From positions 1 to 64,000 of the forward strand of contig CAWDVP010000003.1 in assembly GCA_963805945.1 (NCBI GenBank): a stretch of 64,000 nt of DNA, written 5' to 3'. The DNA comes from Vulcanimicrobiota bacterium (GTDB taxonomy: Bacteria; Vulcanimicrobiota; Vulcanimicrobiia; Eremiobacterales; Eremiobacteraceae). The position numbers and the translations under genes were made by a program. The notes beneath the pieces are model-generated. The model had not been told where the DNA came from and ran no database searches. It was given only the letters and a program-made list of their open reading frames with translations. Of the stretch, positions 28,703 to 37,179 are shown piece after piece (position 1 is the first letter of the stretch; each line of letters starts with the position of its first letter).

Positions 28703-28758
28703 ATCATAGGCTTCGCTGATGGGAACTCGCTGAGAGCCGTATGAGAGGATCGTGAAAG
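28703..28758 (-). promoter_or_regulatory. Four 11-bp-spaced hexamer direct repeats plus -10 TATGAT (OmpR/PhoB-type box)
   Basis: Minus strand CTTTCA-cgatc-CTCTCA-tacgg-CTCTCA-gcgag-TTCCCA-N11-TATGAT. Confidence 0.6.
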
Positions 28759-28763
28759 GACGT

Positions 28764-29579
28764 CTACTCCGTATAGAACATCATATAGATCCCGAGGGCC
28801 ATGGCGAACAGCGTCCACAACGTCGCTCCGAGACGTCCTTTGAGCACGCCGCCGTCCGCGAGCAGCTTCGCGGCGGCCAAGCCGAAGCCGATGATCGAGA
28901 ACCACATATGTTCGGTCTTCACCTGGTGCATCGACTTGTCCAGGGTTATCATGGTGGGATCGGTGGACATACCCGGATCGGACATGTGCGCCATCACCTG
29001 CTGCGTCCAGATCCCGCCGTGCTTGTGCATGAAGAGATAACTGGCTCCGAACACCGCGATGGCCGGCAGGGCGAATATCTGCAGGAAGCGCGGCAGGCGG
29101 TCCGCCGCGCGCAGAAATTCGACGACGGCCAACGACACGATCACGAGCAAGAAGATGCGATGTTGGAAGGCGGATGGGTCCTGGAAGCTGATCCAAAAAC
29201 CGTACGGCCCGATGGGCCATGCCTTTGGGTCGTTGCGCAAGATGAAGAACTCGATCAGCCCGAGCAGCACCACCGGCGGCACGAAGCGGAACCAGGTGCG
29301 GCGCGGCCACTGCAATCCGGCGATCAGCGCCGTCAAGCCCCATAGGAAAAGGAAGAAGCCCACTCCCCTGTGGTTGAACACGGACCACTGCGTGCCGGTG
29401 ACCGGGTTGGCGATGTCTTCCTCGGGGTTGTGCATCGGCTGGGCGTGCGGCGCAGGGGCGGTGTTCATCGGCATCGGCATGTTCATGTTCATGGGCGCGG
29501 GCGTCGCGGCTGCCAGCGCAGCAGACGACGAAAGCGATCCGCAGGCGAAGAGCGCGACGACGAAAACTATTGCCTTCAT
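28764..29579 (-). CDS. Membrane protein with Met/His-rich segments
   Basis: Signal peptide, PMNMNMPMPMN..HAQPMH, about 6 TMs with conserved-looking His (NHR, QHR, HKH, EHM). Confidence 0.75.
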   Translation of the reverse strand: MKAIVFVVALFACGSLSSSAALAAATPAPMNMNMPMPMNTAPAPHAQPMHNPEEDIANPVTGTQWSVFNHRGVGFFLFLWGLTALIAGLQWPRRTWFRFVPPVVLLGLIEFFILRNDPKAWPIGPYGFWISFQDPSAFQHRIFLLVIVSLAVVEFLRAADRLPRFLQIFALPAIAVFGASYLFMHKHGGIWTQQVMAHMSDPGMSTDPTMITLDKSMHQVKTEHMWFSIIGFGLAAAKLLADGGVLKGRLGATLWTLFAMALGIYMMFYTE

Positions 29580-29654
29580 ATGGTCCCTTCTCGCCGTCCA
29601 GGTTCATTGCGGTTGCGAGGATGCCCTCGTCTCCCACACGAACGCGACGCCATC

Positions 29655-30284
29655 ATGAAAGAGGCGTTCGTCGTCACCAAGGAGCGTTTCAACGGTTTCT
29701 CGGACGCGGTCTTCGCGATCGCGGTGACGCTGCTCGTGCTGAAATTCCAGTTGCCGGCGATGCCCGAGCATCCCACGCTCGCCCAACAGATCGGCGGCGT
29801 CATCGCGATCTGGCCCCAGTATCTGGTCTACGTCGCCGGTTTCTTGACCATCGGCATCGTGTGGATGAACCACAACGCGATGTTCCGGCACGTCGAGAGG
29901 ATATCGCACGGCATGGCGGTCGCCAACCTGCTGCTCCTCCTTTTCGTCGCGCTGTTGCCGCTGCCGACAGAAGTGATGGCGCGCTTCGGCTTGACGAGGG
30001 TGACCGTCGTCGGGTATGGACTCCTGCTTTCGGCGATCGCGTTCTCGGCGCTGTTGCTGAACCGAGAGATCTTCAGGGCGGAGGGAATACCTCCGCTCAA
30101 AGGGATGTCGGCGAGGCTCAGGCGCATCGCGCTCTACCCAGTGGCGACGGTGCTCGGCTACTTCTTCCCGATCTGGGGCCTCGCGATGATCGCCCTGCTC
30201 GCCGTGGTGGCGCTGCTGCCGCAGAGCCTCACGGAGGTCACGCTACGACCGCACGACAAGGGCGAGCCGCCGAACGTATCCTAG
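29655..30284 (+). CDS. TMEM175-family (DUF1211) potassium channel-like protein
   Basis: RFNGFSDAVFAIAVTLLVL, WMNHNAMF, NLLLL..LLPLPT. Confidence 0.9.
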   Translation: MKEAFVVTKERFNGFSDAVFAIAVTLLVLKFQLPAMPEHPTLAQQIGGVIAIWPQYLVYVAGFLTIGIVWMNHNAMFRHVERISHGMAVANLLLLLFVALLPLPTEVMARFGLTRVTVVGYGLLLSAIAFSALLLNREIFRAEGIPPLKGMSARLRRIALYPVATVLGYFFPIWGLAMIALLAVVALLPQSLTEVTLRPHDKGEPPNVS

Positions 30285-30342
30285 CGCGACGGCCACTATC
30301 CAAAGGCCTTCTGCGCGTCTCCAACGCGATGTGAGGGCGGAC

Positions 30343-30934
30343 CTATCCCATTGATCGCCTGTCTATTCCCGCGGCGACGAGCACAGCCGGATCGAGCCGA
30401 TAGTGCGCCACAGGTTCCTCTGGCGCTATCTTCGGTACGCCTATAGAGCGGTGCCACCACGACGTATCACGCCACGCGCCGAGTCTTGAATCCCACCTCG
30501 GGATAGATGCCGACGAGTTCGAATCCGAGACTGCGGTGCAACCCCACGCTCGCGTCGTTCGGCAACGTGATGCCTGCGAACGCGCGGTGAAAGCCTTGCG
30601 CTTCGAGCAACGCGAAGAGGGCGCGATACAAGGACGATGCCACGCCGCCGCGACGAGCCGCGGCGTCGACGTACGCCGACACGTTCACCGACCAGCGATA
30701 ACCGGCGCGCTCGTTATGCCGGCTCGCATACGCGTAGCCGAGCAGGCGTCCGGCCCGTTCTGCCACCAGCCATGGGAATGTCGCCGAGATATCTTCGATC
30801 CGGCTGCGCATCTCATCGGCCGACGGAGCGATCTCCTCGAACGAGATGATCGTGTCCTCGACGATGGGCGCATAGATCGCAGCGATCGCGGCGGCATCGG
30901 CTACCCCGGCCATGCGCACGGTGAAATCGCTCAC
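30343..30934 (-). CDS. GNAT acetyltransferase, phosphinothricin/ArsN-like; one +1 frameshift at ~30484
   Basis: DAAAIAAIY, ISFEE, GYAYAS, AFAGITLPNDASVGLH. Removing one base restores VGFKLGAWRDTSWW...*. Confidence 0.85.
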
Positions 30935-31026
30935 GTAGCGTGGTACGTCCCGGCACGCTTGGCCACCCTTTGTACGAATGTCGAAAGAGGAGCGGGCCGT
31001 ATGGTGCTCAATGTAGTGTCGTCACA

Positions 31027-31614
31027 ATGAAGTCGTTGCAGCTGATCCTCCTCGCCGTCGTCATCGCAGGGGCGATGGCCGCCTCGCCGGCGCCTGACGT
31101 CAATCTGCATTTCTTCGACGTGACGCACTCGAAGATGACGGTCGACGTATACAAACAGGGCCTGTTCTCGTTCGCCGCGGACAATCATGTGATCGACGCG
31201 CCCATCGCATCGGGCTCATACGAGAGCGCGACCGGCGCGGTCGAGTTCATCGTGGACGCGACCAAGATGCAGGTGCTCGATCCCTCGATGTCGCCGGGCC
31301 GTCGCGCCGACATCCAGTCGAACATGGCCGGGCCACAGGTGCTTGACGTCACGCAGTATCCGACGATCACGTTCCGCTCGACGAAGACCGAGACGGACGG
31401 CTCAGGCGCGCTCACGGTCACCGGCGATCTCACGCTGCACGGGCAGACGCATTCCATAGTGGTCCAAGCGCGCAGAGCCGATGCCACGCACTTCAACGGC
31501 TCGGTCATGCTGCGCCAGAGCTCGTTCGGCATCACGCCGATCAAGCTGGTCGGCGGCACCGTCCAGGTGAAGGACGACGTCAAGGTCGTCTTCGATATCG
31601 CGCTCGCGCAGTAG
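31027..31614 (+). CDS. YceI-family periplasmic lipid/polyisoprenoid-binding protein
   Basis: LDVTQYPTITFRS, GDLTLHG, QSSFGI..VKDDV. Confidence 0.88.
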   Translation: MKSLQLILLAVVIAGAMAASPAPDVNLHFFDVTHSKMTVDVYKQGLFSFAADNHVIDAPIASGSYESATGAVEFIVDATKMQVLDPSMSPGRRADIQSNMAGPQVLDVTQYPTITFRSTKTETDGSGALTVTGDLTLHGQTHSIVVQARRADATHFNGSVMLRQSSFGITPIKLVGGTVQVKDDVKVVFDIALAQ

Positions 31615-31623
31615 TGGCCGCGT

Positions 31624-33240
31624 TCAGGTTCCCCAGCGCGCCCGGTAGCGGTCGTTCGGAAGCAAGTAGATGCGCAAGTTCTGATAGTCCAGCCACACGT
31701 CGAAGTTGCGCAGCACGTCCTGGCCGATGATGCCGTCGTAATCCTCGCTCTCGAACGCCGGGTTGTCGTGCACGACGGAGAAGAGCCAGCGTGGGAAGGT
31801 CGTGGAGCCGATCGTCAGCGCCGGCACCTGCGTGTGCGTCACCTTGATGTCGCCGCCCACGCCGAGCATCGTGTCGAAGAATGGATACGATTCGGTGAAC
31901 TGCTCGCCCAAGCCCTGATCGGCTACGTCAGCGGGATGCGCCGCGACGAATGAGGAGAACAAGACGCTGCGATCGGCCCCGGTGTCCAGGATGAATGCGT
32001 CGGAGGGCGCGGCTGCGATCTTCGCGCCGATGATCGGCACGCGATCGTCGAGCCGGATCGGCAGAGCGATCGCCCCGGGCGGCGGTTGGAACGACGCCTG
32101 GCTCAGCGCGTCCACCTCGCCGTGGAGGTAGTCTATGTGCACGACGCAGTTGTCGATGAAATCAAAACCGAGCAGCCCGGCGACCGGCGTGGATTCATCC
32201 GCCCATTGGACAAAAGGTGCCGTCTCGACCGCGACATGGTCGAGCGAGGCCTTGCCGACTTCGATGCGCGGCACGATTGATCGGGTCGCAGTGTAGGTGC
32301 CCGCCACGGTCTCGGTCTGCCGGCCGTAGACCGGCAGCTTCAGCGCATCGGCGACCGACTTGTTGAGCAAGATCTGCGAGGCGCCGGAATCGAGTATGAG
32401 GTCGACCTTGCGGCCGCCGATCAGCGCGGTGAGGATGATCCGGTCCGCGATGATCTTACCCGGCAGCACGGCCGTCTGTGCGTCCAGCCTGAAGTTCGAT
32501 CGGTCGCTCGCCGGCATCGCGAACCGCGCGGGGTCGATCGGCGTGCCGTATTGGAGCGACTGCACGACCCAATCATCATCGTTATGTGGACGGCCGTCGG
32601 TCTGGTGCACGTGCCACGCGACCGTCCTGCCGTTGGTCGTGCGGAAATCGTCGAAACTGGTCACGATGCGCAGGCCCTCGAAGGCGCGCTCGACGCGTAC
32701 GATCAAGAACGACTCGCGGTCGTAGAAGAAGTACTCAGTGCGGCCTCCGGGTGGGGCGATCCGCACCACATATGCCGGCGGTGCCGCAGTCTGGCCGAGC
32801 AAGGTCACCACGTTGCCGGATGCAGACGCAGCCCGCAGCGCGAGCGCGCTGACGTCGTCGCGCCGGTGGACTCCGCTCACCAGCACGGTGAGCCCATTGG
32901 CGTTGCGATCCCATTGCCGGCCGTGATAGCTACCGTCGGCAGTATGGAACGGGCCGAGCACGGTGTCCTCGCGATAGTCGTCACCGGACGACACTAGCGT
33001 CTGCGTGCCGCTCAGGTCGCCTTCCATGTAAAGCCACGTCTCCGAGGTCGTGCCGAGCGACGCGCTCGTCGCGCCGACCGCCCGCTTGTGCGACGCGATG
33101 AGCTGCGCGAGCGTCATCGTCGTCGGCACGATGCCGACGGGAGGGCCGGTGTCGGACGGGGTGGGCGCCGCATCCGCAAGCGCGAAGCCGGCGAGAACGA
33201 AGCAAGCTGCGAAGAGCAACGCTAGGGTGTGCTTGCGCAT
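31624..33240 (-). CDS. Secreted retropepsin-like aspartyl protease with N-terminal beta domain; both catalytic motifs intact
   Basis: LILDSGAS...AGLLG and FILDTGAD...DGIIG. Confidence 0.85.
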   Translation of the reverse strand: MRKHTLALLFAACFVLAGFALADAAPTPSDTGPPVGIVPTTMTLAQLIASHKRAVGATSASLGTTSETWLYMEGDLSGTQTLVSSGDDYREDTVLGPFHTADGSYHGRQWDRNANGLTVLVSGVHRRDDVSALALRAASASGNVVTLLGQTAAPPAYVVRIAPPGGRTEYFFYDRESFLIVRVERAFEGLRIVTSFDDFRTTNGRTVAWHVHQTDGRPHNDDDWVVQSLQYGTPIDPARFAMPASDRSNFRLDAQTAVLPGKIIADRIILTALIGGRKVDLILDSGASQILLNKSVADALKLPVYGRQTETVAGTYTATRSIVPRIEVGKASLDHVAVETAPFVQWADESTPVAGLLGFDFIDNCVVHIDYLHGEVDALSQASFQPPPGAIALPIRLDDRVPIIGAKIAAAPSDAFILDTGADRSVLFSSFVAAHPADVADQGLGEQFTESYPFFDTMLGVGGDIKVTHTQVPALTIGSTTFPRWLFSVVHDNPAFESEDYDGIIGQDVLRNFDVWLDYQNLRIYLLPNDRYRARWGT

Positions 33241-33241
33241 C

Positions 33242-34870
33242 CTACTGCCCGATTCTGAAGGTCTTGTTGAAGAATTCGTTGTGCTTGAGCAGCACGCGCC
33301 CTCGTGCGAAGTCATACGAGACGTCGTAATATGCCAGGAACTGCGTGCCCATGACCGCGTCGACCTTATGACCGCCGGGATCCCACGCGATGTTGGTCGC
33401 GAGGATCTTATAGTTCAAGAAACGCGTCGGGCCGATGCGGATGTCGGGCACGTTCGCGACCCACACGTCGAGATCTCGGCCATAGGTGCCGCTGTCGGCG
33501 AATGGGACGACTGTATGGTGATGCTCCTCGCCCTTCGACGCGTCGACGACCGCTTCCGGATATGATTCGGTGAACGATCCAAAAACGAACGAGTACAGGA
33601 ACGAGCTGTCCAGCAGCACATTCTCGGTCTCATGTGACGAGATGACGCACGTGATGAACGGCAAACCGTCATCGAAGCGCACCGGGAGGACATAAGTATC
33701 GGCACCGACGGTGGGTGTGATTCCCAGCGGCGTCGCGGAGACGTGTTCGTTGACATAGTCCACGCTGAAGAGGGCGCTGCTGAGAAAATCGTAGCCCAAA
33801 ACGCCCACCACTCTCGTATCGGCATCGGCGTGGTAGTGGAACGGCAGTGCCTCAAGCGCGAAGTCCTTCAGGTGCAGGTCACCGATGGCCGCGTCCGCGA
33901 TCTGGGTCTCGTAGGGCTCCGGCAGTCCCTCCGCGCTGGTCACGTGGCCGAACGTGGGGAGGTGAAGTTCCGCTGCGACGCCGGCGTCGATGTACGAATG
34001 CCCGTCGCCCGACGATAGCTCGAAATCCAGACCGCGTCCACCGACGGTCATCCGCACGATCACCGTGCCGCGGACGACGCGGGCGTCGAGGTAGACGGGG
34101 CGCTCGGTCCGCATGAAGCCGATCTCATTGGGCGGTTTCTTGAACTCAGCTTCGGCGATCGAGCTTTGGAAGGCGATCGACTGCCGCCGGAAATCGTCGT
34201 CGAGCGCGGGCGTCCCCTCGGAGTCGTGGATGTGCGTGGGCTCGGTGAGACCCTGCACGGTCTGATAGTCGTCGTAGATGCTGACAAGGCGCCGCTTATC
34301 GACGACCTGCTCGGTCCGTATCACCAGCGCGGTCTGCTTGTCGAAAAAGACCCATTCCGGATGCTTGGTGTCCGGGCGTTTCACTTCAATGACGTAAGCG
34401 GGTTGCGGCGCGCTAACCTCGCCCAACAGCTTCACGTCGTTCTTGGGGTCCGAGGCGGCGTCGAGCACGCGATACATCAAGAAGCTGGTGTATTCGCTGC
34501 CGCTACTGTCGGAGGGCGCGCCGTTCTGGTTCATGTACCAGCGCGCATCGCCGGACTGGCCGTATTCCTCGGTGAACGGCCCGGTCACGATGACTGAATG
34601 ATAGTCGGTGCCGCGGCGGACGAGCCGCTCGGTGCCCTGCGAACCCGCGCTCGTGAACGCCCACATCTCCACGCGCACGGCAGCGGGGCCTTTCACGAGC
34701 CGGCCTGCCGCCGCGTCGTGCGCTTTGAGGATAGAACTCAAGCTGGCGGTCGTCGGAACGATGCCCGGCGGGGGATCGTCTTTCGTAACGTCGGCGTTGC
34801 GGGCAAACGCGACGCGCGACGCCGTCAAACACAGCGCCACGCACAGCAGCGACACGAGCGTGCGATTCAC
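33242..34870 (-). CDS. Paralogous secreted retropepsin-fold protein with degenerate catalytic motifs
   Basis: Same architecture as its neighbour (PPGIVPTT, GPF, FFD, GVLGYDF), but FELSSGDG and VLLDSSFL replace D[ST]G. Confidence 0.8.
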   Translation of the reverse strand: MNRTLVSLLCVALCLTASRVAFARNADVTKDDPPPGIVPTTASLSSILKAHDAAAGRLVKGPAAVRVEMWAFTSAGSQGTERLVRRGTDYHSVIVTGPFTEEYGQSGDARWYMNQNGAPSDSSGSEYTSFLMYRVLDAASDPKNDVKLLGEVSAPQPAYVIEVKRPDTKHPEWVFFDKQTALVIRTEQVVDKRRLVSIYDDYQTVQGLTEPTHIHDSEGTPALDDDFRRQSIAFQSSIAEAEFKKPPNEIGFMRTERPVYLDARVVRGTVIVRMTVGGRGLDFELSSGDGHSYIDAGVAAELHLPTFGHVTSAEGLPEPYETQIADAAIGDLHLKDFALEALPFHYHADADTRVVGVLGYDFLSSALFSVDYVNEHVSATPLGITPTVGADTYVLPVRFDDGLPFITCVISSHETENVLLDSSFLYSFVFGSFTESYPEAVVDASKGEEHHHTVVPFADSGTYGRDLDVWVANVPDIRIGPTRFLNYKILATNIAWDPGGHKVDAVMGTQFLAYYDVSYDFARGRVLLKHNEFFNKTFRIGQ

Positions 34871-35035
34871 CACTGACTCCTGAAAAGCAAGAGCAACGGT
34901 GTATGGTGGGGAGGCCTTGGCCAGCGGCCGCGCGGTCCCTCTGCGAACCCGCACGGGACACGAAGTGAAGTTCGATGCCTCAAAGAAGAGGGCGTTTCAC
35001 TGCAGACCGGCCCGCACGGGCCGAGGGGGAGATCC

Positions 35036-36058
35036 ATGCCGAAGATGCGCGCCGTGACCGTCACCGGGCCTAACGCTCCGTTTGCGATGCTGGAACGCGA
35101 CATCCCGCAGCCCGGCGCCGGCGAAGCACGCGTCGAGGTGCAGGCATGCGGCATCTGCCACAGCGACTCGCTCACGAAAGAAGCCCATTGGCCCGGCATC
35201 GCGTACCCGCGCGTGATCGGACACGAGATCGCGGGCGTCATCGACGCGCTTGGCGCCGGTGTCGCCGGGTGGAGCGTCGGCCAACGCGTCGGCGTCGGAT
35301 GGCACGGCGGGCACTGCGGCCACTGCGACTCATGCCGGCGCGGCGATTTCCTCACCTGTCGCGTCGCCCCGAAGATCCCCGGCATCTCATATGACGGCGG
35401 CTACGAAGACTACATGATCGCCCCCGCGGCCTGTTTGGCGCTGATCCCCGACGAGCTCTCCGCGGTCGAGGCCGCGCCGCTCATGTGCGCGGGCGTCACG
35501 ACGTACAACTCGCTGCGCCACAGCGGCGCACGTCCGGGTGACGTCGTCGCGGTGCTCGGCGTAGGCGGGCTCGGCCACCTCGGGGTCCAGTACGCGGCGA
35601 AGATGGGCTTCGACACGGTCGCGATCGCTCGCGGCGCCGATAAAGAAGCGCTGGCGAAGCAGCTCGGCGCGCATCATTACATCGACAGCACGGCCCACGA
35701 CGTCGCGGCAGAACTGCTCAAACTCGGCGGCGCCAGAGTCGTCCTCGCGACGACCACCAGCGGAAAGGCGATGGCAGCCGTGCTCGGCGGGCTGGGGGTC
35801 GACGGCAAACTGCTCGTCGTCGGCGCGGCATTCGACCCGATGGAGGTGCCGGCCGGCGCGCTTATCGGAGGGCGCCGCTCGATCGCGGGCTGGCCATCGG
35901 GCACGTCGATCGATTCGCAGGACGCGATGAATTTCTCCGCGCTCACCGGCGTGCGATCGATGAACGAGGTCTTTCCGCTGGAACGCGCGGCTGAGGCGTA
36001 CGCCCGCATGATGAGCGGCGCCGCGCGCTTCCGAGTCGTGCTCGCGACCGAACGATAG
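35036..36058 (+). CDS. Zinc-dependent alcohol dehydrogenase (MDR family)
   Basis: CGICHSD, GHEIAG, CGHCDSC..C, APLMCAGVT, GVGGLG. Confidence 0.95.
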   Translation: MPKMRAVTVTGPNAPFAMLERDIPQPGAGEARVEVQACGICHSDSLTKEAHWPGIAYPRVIGHEIAGVIDALGAGVAGWSVGQRVGVGWHGGHCGHCDSCRRGDFLTCRVAPKIPGISYDGGYEDYMIAPAACLALIPDELSAVEAAPLMCAGVTTYNSLRHSGARPGDVVAVLGVGGLGHLGVQYAAKMGFDTVAIARGADKEALAKQLGAHHYIDSTAHDVAAELLKLGGARVVLATTTSGKAMAAVLGGLGVDGKLLVVGAAFDPMEVPAGALIGGRRSIAGWPSGTSIDSQDAMNFSALTGVRSMNEVFPLERAAEAYARMMSGAARFRVVLATER

Positions 36059-36060
36059 AA

Positions 36061-36086
36061 AACGGCGGCCGACAAAGGCCGCCGTT
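36061..36086. terminator. Bidirectional terminator hairpin
   Basis: AACGGCGGCC-gacaaa-GGCCGCCGTT between convergent genes. Confidence 0.75.
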
Positions 36087-36123
36087 CTCCGTGCGATTCG
36101 CTGGGCCTGTCTGGACCGACTCG

Positions 36124-37068
36124 TCACGGTCCCCAGGTGATGGCGAAGGGCTGACTGTTAACGGCAGTCGTTATCGTCGTCACCGGCGCGCTCGCGGCGG
36201 TGAACGGCGGGCTGTAGATGGTCACGGTATTCCCACCGGCGTTCGAGGCGTAGAGGTTCCCGGAGGAGTCGAACGCGAGGGCAGATGGCTTGTTAAGGCC
36301 GCTCGTGCCGCCGCTGATCGTGGTGGCGGGCACGCTCGCGTTGGTGAACGGCGGATTGAAGATGTAGATCTTGTTGTTGGCGTAGTCGGAGACGTAGAGA
36401 TTGCCCGTCCCATCGAAGGCGATCCCCTCGGGGCCGGCACCAGCGATCGGAATGGTCGTCGCCGGAGTGCTCGCATTGGTGAATGGCGGCGTGAAGATCT
36501 GGACGCTGGCCCCACTGTAACCGACCACGTAGAGCTTGCCGGTCGCGTCGAAGATGATGTCGTGCGGCGCGTTGGAGCAGTTGAACATCACGGTCGGGGT
36601 TTCGGCCGCGGTGAACGGCGGCGTGTAGATCTGGATATTGTCGTTGAAATTATCCGCGACGAAGAGCCTGCCGGTGCCGTCGAACGCCAATCCGATGGGA
36701 TTCACCAGGTTTATGTTGGCCATGGTCAGCGTCGGTGTGCTCGCGTTGCTCAGAGGCGGCGCGAAGAGCTGGATATTGCCGTCGGAGAGGTCCGACACGT
36801 ACATCGTCTTGGCGGTGTCGAAGGCGATGCCGAAGGACCGGCTGGTGGCGCCGCTCAATGTGACCGTGATCGAAGCCGTACTCGCATTGCTCAGCGGCGG
36901 CACGAAGATGGGGACCGTGCCAGGTGCGCTGCCCGGAGCGAGGCCGACATAGAGGCGCGCCAATGATGGCGTCGGTGTCGGCGTCGGACCGGAGGTGGAC
37001 GTCGAACTGCAGGCGACGAGCACCAGCGCGACCACGACGAAAATCGCTTTGCGAATGGATCCGCCCAT
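36124..37068 (-). CDS. NHL-repeat beta-propeller lipoprotein
   Basis: Lipobox LVAC; about six ~44-aa repeats P.GIAFD..G.LYV...IF.PPF.NAS. Confidence 0.88.
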   Translation of the reverse strand: MGGSIRKAIFVVVALVLVACSSTSTSGPTPTPTPSLARLYVGLAPGSAPGTVPIFVPPLSNASTASITVTLSGATSRSFGIAFDTAKTMYVSDLSDGNIQLFAPPLSNASTPTLTMANINLVNPIGLAFDGTGRLFVADNFNDNIQIYTPPFTAAETPTVMFNCSNAPHDIIFDATGKLYVVGYSGASVQIFTPPFTNASTPATTIPIAGAGPEGIAFDGTGNLYVSDYANNKIYIFNPPFTNASVPATTISGGTSGLNKPSALAFDSSGNLYASNAGGNTVTIYSPPFTAASAPVTTITTAVNSQPFAITWGP

Positions 37069-37179
37069 ATGATCCTCCGTAAAAAAGCATGCGCCCAGGG
37101 AGAGTCTGCTCGGGCGCGTCGGGGATAGTTATCGCCTAAAGGGTAGCGCCCCTTGCGTGCGCCGTCACAAGTGCGGACT

